Under the pieces are notes generated by a model. That model did no database searches. It was not told the origin of the DNA and saw only the letters and a program-made list of their open reading frames with translations. The translations under genes were made by a program, and so were the position numbers. A stretch of 64,000 nt of DNA. Origin: the human T2T-CHM13v2.0 reference genome, Homo sapiens. Each line of letters opens with the position of its first letter. Within the stretch, counting starts at the first letter, position 1. The stretch lies in assembly GCF_009914755.1 (NCBI RefSeq), contig NC_060930.1. The stretch is one strand, 5' to 3'. Below are positions 51,601 to 64,000 of the stretch, one piece after another.

Positions 51601-54089
51601 CATCATTCCAGAGCCCAGTTCCATTAAAAGGTTGGAGGAGCAGTCTGTTGGGCAAGCATTTGCAGAGAAACAGGTGAATTAGCTTTGTAAGACTCTGCTT
51701 GAAATAAACAGAGCGACTTTAAACATATTAGTTACAAGCACATTGTTTAGGCTTCTTCTCTCCACATATATCCTTTGGATACATGAGTAGACAAAAGAAA
51801 TCAAATAGACAAAACTAGCGATTCAGTGAGGTCTTACTTAAGTTCAGAACATTCAACCAAATTAGTCATTCCTAAAATGAATCATTTTCTCACACTTTTC
51901 AATCAAGGATTTGAAATGTTATATTTATTTTAACTCCTCACTTTGATACATAGCTTGCAATCTGCCAGTGTGACTGCCCCCATGCTGAGTTTCCTTACCT
52001 CCAAACCCTCTGTTGCTAAGGTTTGTTTGTATTTCTACATTAGTCAACTGCAAGGGGTTGGGGGAAGGATTGAGGAAAAAAGAAAACCCAAGGGACGATT
52101 ATAAGCCAATGCAGTCTCCCTATATGAGCTAGGATGGGCTAAAGTATTTCTTCTTGAGAGTATCATAATTTTCCTGCTTACTTGTACCTAAGGTTCAACA
52201 ATAATGCTAAATATTTATAAAGTTCCTGTCTTCTAGGGAGCTCAGAGAAAAATATTTATGTAAGTGATCTCAGCAGTTCTCCAAAATAGGGAAGCTGAAG
52301 TATTTTCTCACATTAGTCTATAAACTAAGTCACTTGTGTGGATAGGTGACTGGTTCAAGTTCATACTATGAGTCAGTGGCAGAAAAGCCAAAAATAGAAC
52401 TACGGTGTTTTGAGGGTTTTTTTTAACTACATACTTTCTCCAGCTCTCACCTCACCTCCAATAAAAAAAAAAATTAAAGCTATTAGGTAATTATCATGAA
52501 ACATTCTTTCAGCAGGGCTGATATTTTTTACATGAGCAAGATGCTATGATCTACTATTAGCTCAATGTTATATATTCATTTTAATAACAGATGATATTGA
52601 TGATAGTCATGTGGATGGAGAAGGTGAGGATATAGTGCATTTACTCCTATTATCAGGAAATTTGAGACTTGCTTAACTGAATTCTTGAGGTTTCTTTGAA
52701 ATTGAGTGCCAGTTGGCACAGAAAATCACTCTTAGGTTCTTATGAAAATCATAGCAAGCAAACCACTTTCTCTGTGCAAATCCTAAACTTTAGTAGTATC
52801 TATAAACTATGCTCTGAAATAAAACTGTTCAACTAAAAATAGTCTGTGGAAAAAAAAGGAATGCTCTTTTTTTTTAATCACTAATGACCGTCTGTTATAA
52901 TTTCCCTTTACAGGGAACCATAATGTGTATCAAAAATGTGGTAGGGAAGAAATAGATTTACTAAATAGTCTATATTAATGTAAAGCCATGTTTAAAATGT
53001 TGTGTAGGGGATTTATGAGACTAATCGATTGGAAATTGTACTCATCCGAGTGATCTGTGGCACAAAATAAATATCAATGCCCTCACACTTTGGCAAACCT
53101 CACTTATAAGAGGGCAAGCCAACTGAAGCTGCCAGTGATTATAGTAAGAGAAAGTAGGAGTAATAAAATGTGCTGAATTAGTTATAAGAATGTCAGTCTT
53201 GCAAGGGTAGAGACTCTCTAATCCATACCCTCATCTTGCAAATAGAGTCCTAGAGAGGAGTGAATTGTTTAAGCCTACAGTATTTTTAATAGATACAAGC
53301 AGGAAGGTTGGTGGCCTGACACAATTAACAACAATGCCTGGCTCCCCCACATCCTCTTCTTAACAGTTGTTCTTTTGGGTGTCTCAGGTCACCACTGGAA
53401 TTACATTTACCAAGCTTTAGCTTCTATATACGTGTTGAGAGAAAAAGTAGAAAGGAAGAGGGCATTGTGAAAATAGTGATATTCTCTCCAAGCAGAACTC
53501 CCTAGAAACCACCTTTTTGATTATTCTGTAGACTTGGCCCTTAAATACTTGTACTTCTGTATGCTTAGAATTCTATGGCCATTAATTTAAAGAAAAGCCT
53601 AGGTTTAGTCAAATTGAGCAACCAGCATCAATTCAAAACTAAAAACAAATTGAACTCCACACTGAGAATAAGAGGATTCAGTACTACTCACTTGATTCAA
53701 AAATGCCACATGTGGTTTTGGGGAGCTTTAAAGAAATTTCTACTATGATAAAGAAAACATAAGGACTAGATACATAAATATAAAAATTTAATTTTCCAGA
53801 AACCTAATTGAAGTCATTACAGTCATTACTAGGAATAATAAACAATGACTAGAGGTTCCCTTAATTGAAAAGCTGAAATAATTAGCAATTATTTTTCACA
53901 TGGAAACTGACAAATATGACATATTCTGGGAATGGTTGTTAAGCCTTTGAAGCTTCTTATCAATACATGAATAAAAAAGAAAATGTGTATGTTTGTTTTC
54001 TATGCTGCAAGATTTTATTTTCTTTTATTTCTAAATCTAAGCTCACATCTCAATTCTTTGAAAATTTCCACATTTAAATATCCAAATTA

Positions 54090-55708
<1,619 letters not shown>

Positions 55709-56407
55709 ATCCAAATTAGATAATTAACTCAGCTTTACAGAAATACTATTTGATCTTCAAAGGCATCTTTTCCCTTACTTAAATACTTAAATAAAAGACT
55801 GTACAAGTTAAACCAAATAATCTATAGCAGTGACTGTCACTGCTATAATTGATCAGATAACTTCTGTTACTTCCCTTAAAATAGTATTGACAAGACAGGG
55901 TCTATCAAAACCCCAGACAATTAGAAAATTAGCCTTAGAAGTTAAACCATCAATAATAATGATAACATAGGAACATAACCAGAATGATAATTTCGAAGGA
56001 GTCCGGACTTGGAAGAATATCACTATATTTACAATGCCCTCTTCCTCTTTACTCTTTCTCCTTCTCAAATGTTTATGGAAATTAATACTTGGCAAAACCA
56101 ATCCCAACAGTGAAACTGAGATACCAAAAGAATAAAGAATAACTTTTAAGAGGGGGATATGGAAGGAGTCAGGCATTGTTAGCATTAGGAATAAAACCAT
56201 GACCATAATCATAATATGCTTACTGAGGGGTACAGGTATGTTACATAGATTGTCTCATTTAATCTTTACAACAACCTTATGAGGTCAGTGTTGTTCTCTC
56301 CATTTGGAGGAAACTAAGGGAGAAAATTGTTTTTCAGTTATTATAAAAGCAAAGACAACAAGATATTTTCTCAATTGTGAAGGAATTCTTTTTTAATATT
56401 ACATGTT

Positions 56408-56556
56408 GCAGGACATGGTGGCTCATGCCTGTAATCCCAGCACTTTAGAAGGTTGAGGTGGGAGGATCACTTGAGGCCAGGGGTTTGAGACCAGGGATCA
56501 CTTGAGGCCAGGGTCTCAACATGGTGAGACCCTGTCCCTAAAAAAGAGAAAAAAAA
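56408..56556 (+). mobile_element. Alu left monomer (FLAM-like) with internal rearrangement
   Basis: Single left arm with A tail; see findings. Confidence 0.8.
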
Positions 56557-56885
56557 TTAAATGTTTCACAAGTTATTCCATATCTTATTAAACAATTCTA
56601 TTGGTAGTATTTTTGTTAGATACAAATAAGCAAACCATAGTAAGTCAATTTGCTACACATGTTTGGAGTTTTTCTTGACACAAGTTTCTAAAATTTTATG
56701 TGCTTACTGAGTTCCCAGAGGAGTGGCTATATACTGAAATTGGTTATATAGCAATGGGACATATAAAATTTTAGTGTTAAAAAGGGCATTGTGGGGGACG
56801 TGATATGGAGAGGGAAAATGATTTTGAGTGAAATCGAAGAAAGAGAGTCATCTTTTTTCTTTTTCTCTCTTATCCTGTCTCTCTC

Positions 56886-56911
56886 CACACACACACTCAC
56901 ACACACAGACA

Positions 56912-56942
<31 letters not shown>
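56886..56942. repeat. Interrupted (CA)n
   Basis: Read directly. Confidence 0.9.
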
Positions 56943-57334
56943 TAAAGTAACTTCAATTATTCTTGTTAGAGGAAATGGTAATAATCATTTTTCTCCTCTT
57001 TTCAAACGTTAGGAAAAGGAGAACTAATCATGTAGAAAATTTAAACTTTATGTAACATAAAATGAAAGTGGATATTTTTTAAGGAGAAACTTAGAGAAAA
57101 GTGATCTAGCTATCTTTTTCAAGTATACCGTCAGTGATTAGAATACACAGCAACAGAAAGTTATGGAGAAAATTGCCATGATTACATTTGTTTTAAATTG
57201 TGAGTTTATCTTGTGACCCCTTGTGATATTAGAGAGTACAGGCACTTAGATAATTCAGATCATGACTACAAACATAACATTAACCAATTAGTGGGCACAA
57301 AATATTTTGAAAATCTAATTTTAAAAAGAAAATT

Positions 57335-57660
57335 TGCCAGGCCTGGTGGCTCATGTCTGTAATCCCAACACTTTGAGAGGCCAAGGAAGAAGGATCACTT
57401 AAGCCCAGGAGTTCAAGACCAGTCTGGACAACATAGTGAGACCCCATCTCCACAAAAATTTTTTTTAAAAAATTAGCCATGTGTAGTGGTGCATGTTTGT
57501 GGTCCCAGCTACTCAGGAGGCTGAAATAGGAGGATCAATTGAGCCTGGGAGGTCAAGGCTGCAGGGAACCATGATCACTCCACTGCACTCCAACCTGGAT
57601 GACAGAAAAAGACCATGTCTCAAAAAAGAAAAGAAGGAAAAGAAAAGGAAAAAGGAAGGG
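57335..57660 (+). mobile_element. AluJ
   Basis: Diverged dimer with A/G-rich tail. Confidence 0.88.
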
Positions 57661-60600
57661 AAACTTGTTTTCCTTTTAAAAACTGATAAATAATATTTAT
57701 TTTTGCTAATTACACTGTAGGACTGTAAAATCAGAAAAATAATCAAACCTAAGAGAGTCAAAAGATATCATGATTTGGTATCTAAACCAGAGAAATCCAA
57801 TATTATTTGTATATTTAATATATTGTTAAAAAGCCCTTTTGACTAGCAAAACCAACATTTTGATTTGAAAATATTTCAAAAATATCTACTCTTGTGATTT
57901 ATCTTGTGTAGGTTCATCTATGTGAAGAATATTTAGGAGGCCTAAATATTCAAGGAAAGGAACTTTGACTTGACCTCTAGGAATCACTTTCATCTGCCTC
58001 CCAGAAAGAGGAAGCCAAATGGCCAGCCAACACAGACCACGTCTAGCTCTGAGAACTTCCTCTTTAAAAGCGATCTCTTAATTCAGTGTTGCAGAAATTC
58101 CTGGATCGATCTATTTCCCTAGGAAATAATAAGTAATAGGAAAGCATATTCATTCTTAATTCTTTAATTCACAGTGAACAAGAGCAAATGCCATGTGGTA
58201 AACTGCATGTTATTTAATAAGAGTGGTAAAGTTAGACAAACTGATCGATTATGTGGTAGTTATTCTTAAAGCATATTTATTGTCCATTCTGCATTACCTA
58301 ATGGAACAAATGACTCCTTTAATATAAAGAAATTACCTGAAAAGCATGTATTTAAGATAATGTCAATTCCGCATGTTTCTTTTGGCTGAAAAGAGAAAAA
58401 GAACTAGAAAAAGCAACAGATTGAATTCCTCTGAATGAGTCAGAAGAGTGGGAGATGTGTAAAAATCAGGACGAGGGTGACAGCGGGATACCAGAGTCCT
58501 ACCTGCATCAGTCCCATGGCCTCAGCCCATGTGATCCCCACCTCCCTTGGATACCAGATTTCAAGGTAAATTTCCATCAATTATGGCCACTGCATTAATT
58601 TGGCTAGTTCGTAGCATTTCACAAGGGAGCTTCTAAACCTGGAGAACAAGAGCTTGGGTTTTTCCAACAGACAACAGAATTTAACCTAAATAGATTACCC
58701 AGGAAAGCTCTGCCCAACTGACATAGACATTGATGACAGGGAAGACAAGCTAGTGCAAAGAGATGATAGTAGCAGTAGAGCTGAACTAACAATCCAGCCT
58801 GAAAAGGAAAGTTAAAGATTAAAATACAGTTTAAATATATGTGAGATACTATGTCAGATTTGTGAGCAGTCTTTTATGTGGTTGTGATTAGAAGAATGAT
58901 CTTCATCTATAGAACAAATTTTAGTTGGGGGAGCACCACAACTTTAAAACCAGAAAGTCTAAGAACATTGTGATTTTTATGGAAAGAACGCTTTAAGAAA
59001 TAGTACTCAAATATTTAATAGAAGGAAATGTTCACAGGATTCATTCTATAATGGAAAAATATTGTTTTCTGAAAAATCTCCCTTTTGTAAATATTTACCA
59101 TGATTTACAAATCTCTCTACTTTTACCAATGATTAAAAATTATTAAAGCAGTTGATTTTCATGTAACTAGAGAATGTCTAAGCAAGAAAACATTTAAAAA
59201 TTTCAAGTATATTATGAAACAAAACCTTTCTAAGAAACCATTCACTTCCTTAACTCATTGGGATTCACCCATTTGTATATTTTGTTTGCTTGAAATTTGT
59301 GAAATGTTCATTTAGAGGTTGAAATGCAGGATTTTACTTTATTTATTTGCAAATACATTTGAGAATCTATTTTGTACCTATAGGTTGTAGGTACTGGAGA
59401 TGTGCTAACAATACTCATTCGTTCCCCTCGTGGAGCTTGCATTCTAGTAATTTAAGTAACTCAGGAAATATTAGAGGTAGAATCAAAATAGAGGTAGTCA
59501 CAAACCTGACAGATTTTTTCCCTTCTTGAGTTGGACATGAAACATTTTTCTTTAATATAAAACCGTTTTTGAAATAGTATCACTTTGTTATTTTGAGCTC
59601 CTTCAAAAGAAAGAACAAAATAAGGGCCTCCATTCCCCTAAATAAATAAAGTATGGTGTGTTTTCTCCATGTGGCAAGAATTATTGGAACAAAGTAACCA
59701 AAACAAAGCAAAAATCTGGGGAAAGAGTATTTATATAAAAGAGAACAGTATCAAGATACTCTTATGGAGCCAAGACACAAAATTTAAACCACCATAAAGA
59801 AATAATGCATCCACGCACTAAGGAAATGAATAGAGATGTGTCATTCTGAGCAACGCTTGAGTATGATGTTCACGAAGGTCTGAAATGCCAGTGCATTTCA
59901 TTATGTGATATCCCAAATACCTAAAGCATAGATGTTTAAACCTATCAACTTAATTTATTGGGAAGCAAATTCAGCCAACAAAATCAATGTTTGGGTATGT
60001 ATGGGACATTTTTTTTGGTTTTGCGCCCCTGTGGGATCCAAGTATGGAACATTTTGAATCATTGGCTTTGTTGCATAAATATTCTCAGCCTCCTCCCTTC
60101 TTGCATTCGCTCAATGTAATCTACACATTACAGTCATTCTTTGAGTCTCACTATTTCAGCTTCATTTCCCAGCTTTATTTCCTCTGTAGCATGACATCAC
60201 TGTCCAGGACCCAGGCTCCACCACACACACAAGCACAGAGTTAAAATACATCTCCAATTCTGTAGTATATTTCATAACCACATGTTATGGAAAAGCTGTA
60301 TTTTCTTAGAAAACATACATTCTCACAGAGCATCTCTCTAATATCTATTTAACCCATTTTTTGCAAAAGTTAAGACTCATTTACTGAGTCAGCATATTGA
60401 AACAGAATATAATTTTTAGGAACACAGTAGAAACTGAAATCTTTCTTCTATATAGATTTTTTTCCTTAGATATTGAGAAGCTTTTGAATATCCTGAAAAA
60501 TATGATGAAATAACTTCTTTATAACCCCACACTCCTAGTCTACCAAGCAAATTAAAATGACTGATTTAAAGCAGATGCAGATTTTAATGAATCATTTCTC

Positions 60601-60756
60601 TGTTTTCAAGTGCAGGCACACTTTATTTTGCAGCATATATAAGATTATATTGCAAGCATTTTTTTCAACGGGCACATACTTTATTTTGAATTAAATAAAC
60701 CCAGCTTGTGATGATAGTGGTGAAAGTGACTGATCATTGAAATTTATGATTGTCTT

Positions 60757-60870
60757 TCTCCTCCCTCTCTCTCTCTTTCCTCTCTCCCTCTCTTCCTCCA
60801 ACCCTTCCTCTCCCTCTGTGTCCTTCCCTCTTTTTCTCCTTCCCTATCTCCTGCTTTTCTTTCTCCCCTT
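60757..60870. repeat. CT-rich low-complexity tract
   Basis: Read directly. Confidence 0.85.
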
Positions 60871-62881
60871 TGTAGTTTCTATAGGCAGAGTATAAAAAAA
60901 AATAAATAACATTTCATTTGGGGGGAAAAGAAAGAACATGGACTTTGGCACAGGGGATTGCCTGGAATTGAATCTTGGCCCTGCCACTTACCAGCTATTC
61001 CACCTTAGGAAAGGTAGTTAACTTTTCTGTGCCTCATTTTCATCATTTCTTAAATGTGGATAAATTAGTAACTATCTCATAGGATTAATAGACTTAAAGG
61101 AGCTTGTATTTGTAAAGTCCTTAGAGCCTGGCACAAAGAAGTGCTGTATGAGTGTGCAGTAATAAAATAAATACATAAGCCTAAAGACAAAACTCTTCCT
61201 CATTTCAAGAAATAATTTCTCCAGAACAAAGCAATAGAAAGTGAGTTAAGCACCTAATTTTTGTTTACCTCCCACATTGCACCTGTTCTTGCATAACAAA
61301 CACATTCTATTTCAAGAAGTTGAAATACCTTCCTTTTTGTCCATCTAAGTTGTCTATTATTTCTGTGCCACGGGTCATTAATGAAAGGCAGGATTCTCTC
61401 TGAAATTAAACAGTGGGGAAGTCAACTGGAAAGAGAGAAAAGTGCAGCAGAAGTGACTAAAAGTGAAATAAAAGAAGCAGAAGAAAACATTAAAAAACCC
61501 CGTAATTAAAAGCATGCACAGAGTCCTGTTAACCTCGGCTGACTCCAATAACATGGTTACAAGAGACATGGTCTACTCCAGCATGTCGTTAGCCATAAAT
61601 ACAGAGGTAAAGTGGTCCAGGGCAAATAACATCAAAGGCAAAGGGAAAGTGGGATGGGCGAAGGCACCCCACCCAACCTCCCTGGATGAGCTTAGCTTAA
61701 CATAGTTTTCCATCAGACTAACCAAACCAGCAGCGTTGACCTTAAATATGAATTTTTCACCATCGCTGGCAGATGAGCCTTTAAGTGGCGTCAGAGGCAG
61801 TTACTCTGGGGACCAAGGGGCCCACTGAAATTAAAGACAGACTTTTTATTCCCCTGTCTCTTGAGTGTTGACTGCTTGGGATCCTTGAATTTGACTTGGA
61901 TGAATAAAGGCCCTCTCAGACTTGCAGATTCCCCCTAAGGGTTTTGACATCACTTCCAAAGCACTCGCCCTTATCAGCTGCATCATGCTGACCTCTGACC
62001 AAATGGAAAGACCTAGTTCCTGAGAGAATTCTGAGATGGCTATTCATTTGTAAGAAAGTTCAAACACAAGTCTGTGGCCTTAGGAAATCATTTTGAACTA
62101 CTTATTAATTCTGAGAATTTAAAATGTGAATACGTCTTGTTATTTTGTATTGCTCCATAATTACTACATTTACTAAATTGCTATTTAATATCTACTCTCC
62201 TTAAAAAACAAACAAATGAATAAAATCAAAGGAGTGGTAAAATGTGAACATGTGTAGCAAAAGGCCAAGAAGTATTTTTATTTATATTTTTATTTTAAAA
62301 GGATAGTAATTTTGCTTGAGATCAAGACAAATGTGATTTCTCTGTGTGATTGAGACAGGTGGTTCCATATGGCTATGCTAACTATGCAGTGTCGTTCTTC
62401 CCTTTACCAACAGCCAACCACTGGCCTTGCCCTGGTTGTCTCTATTATTTAGCATAAAATTTTCTAACCAATTTAAATTATGAAAACTTTCTGCCACATA
62501 AAAAGATATAAGGAATACTATAACCTACTTCTGAATAAAGGTGTTCAGCTGAACACCTGATTTGCATGGACTCCCTCCTGAAACCCACCAATGTAAGTTT
62601 TTGGAGCTCTAAACCCATAAAGGAAAAGAGAATACAAGGAGGAAAAGAGCAGCAAACTTTTTGGGAGCTATAAAGCCTATGGATCAATGGCAACCTGCTT
62701 GGCAACTTGAGAAAACTAAATATTAACTTGGTAGTAGAAACATTTCAGGAGAAAGGTGATTTAAGTCACAAGATCTTCAGATGATGAAACACTGGGGACT
62801 CAAGAGGGCCCTGCAAGTGAAGGTGAGGGAGTGGGGAAGTGTTTGAAAACTTTAGGAGTCAGGGAATCCAACTCCCCACTC

Positions 62882-63715
62882 TGACATAGCCTTATCAAAC
62901 ATTATAACAGTGAGAAAATTATGACAGAAAAAGGAATCTGACCTAATCAACTCTGTCTTGTCTTTACCCTCCAAACTGCCCTTGTTTATTCCTGGGCATA
63001 GACCAGCTACCTTTGGGAGGAATTTAGTTTATAATTTAACTTTGAAACAAAGACAATAGCCCTTCTCCAAAACAAACCCCCTCCTTGCTTAGGGACCAGA
63101 CTGCCTTTGTAAAACCAACAAATTAGCCATAAGATTAGAAATTATGGCTTAGGAGTCATGCAGCCAGAGACCACAGGATTCCTAACTTCCCCAGGTGCTC
63201 CAAAACATAATATTACTATTGTAAAATCTAAGATTGGTGTTTGAGTTATTTTTCAGACCCTGCATTCTGATGGATCAGCTGGTGCTACCCAGACAGGTAA
63301 ACTGGCTCATCTAGTCTTGTGGTCCCCACCTAGGAACTGATTCAGTGCAAGAGGATGGCTTCAACTTCCTGTGATTCCCTCCCTGACCCAACCAATCAGC
63401 GTTCACCATTCCTTAGCCCCCTCCACACCAAACTATCTTTTAAAAACAAACAAACAAACAAACAAACAAACAAACAAACAAAACCCTTAGCTCCATGGAG
63501 ACTTACCAGAAAAAAACTAAAAGTATCGATATAAAATAAAATAGAAACTCTGACCTCAGAATTTTCAGGGAGGCTGATTTAGGTAATAATAAAACTCTGG
63601 TCTCTCATTTAGCTGACTCTATGTATATTAAATTCTTTCTCTATTGCAATTCCCCTGTCTCAATTAACTGGTTCTATCTGGGCAGTGGCCAAGAAGAACC
63701 CATTGGGTGGTTACA
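62882..63715 (+). mobile_element. LTR8-family (ERV1) solo LTR with internal (AAAC)n insertion
   Basis: TG...CA termini (tgacatagcc / gggtggttaca); near-TSD ACTC/CCTC; LTR8-like ggaggaatttagtttata and taataataaaactc segments. Confidence 0.8.
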
Positions 63716-64000
63716 CCTCTATTCTACTCAGCTGCTCCAATGATTCTCTTCAATTCCAGGCCAAAATGAAGGTTTATTCTGCAGAAAGGATAACAGAGAA
63801 ATTTTAATTGGGAGAGAAAGGGACCATGCAACACTGAAGACAGGAGTCCTATAAAGGAAAGAGGGAGCATAAATGAAGTGATGACTGTCAAATGACTGCC
63901 CCTTCTTCTCCACTAGCTCCTAGAATGCTGAGAGCTGACTTAAACCCTCCAAACAGGAGATAGATTACTCACTGGAGGATCTACTCAGCCTAAAGATATT

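Overview
Primate genomic DNA, almost certainly human, AT-rich and repeat-dense. It holds the 5' part of MOXD1 (DBH-like monooxygenase 1) on the minus strand. A CpG-island promoter and exon 1 (CDS 48416-48153) are followed by a 26.4-kb intron 1 and then three close exons: exon 2 (21778-21632), exon 3 (19998-19831) and exon 4 (19692-19609). Intron 4 runs off the left edge. The four exons splice GT-AG, all in phase 0, into 221 aa: signal peptide, DOMON domain and the start of the copper type II monooxygenase domain. The rest is intronic or upstream sequence with L1, Alu, MIR, L2/CR1, MLT1, LTR8, Tigger7/MER44 and MER5 relics and microsatellites. The other ORFs in the track are repeat-derived, CpG-island artefacts or unsupported. 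I found no clearly new gene or system. The best leads centre on the exon 2-4 block. (i) It would form a stop-free 399-nt circle if back-spliced. (ii) The 138-nt intron 3 has a single in-frame UGA next to a poly(A)-signal cluster, suggesting a DOMON-only isoform. (iii) There is an in-frame intronic ATG upstream of exon 2. (iv) Two copies of a degenerate direct repeat flank exon 2, each with a perfect NF-kB site. Gene identity and repeat subfamily names come from recall of known sequences, not database searches, and edges of old repeats are approximate.
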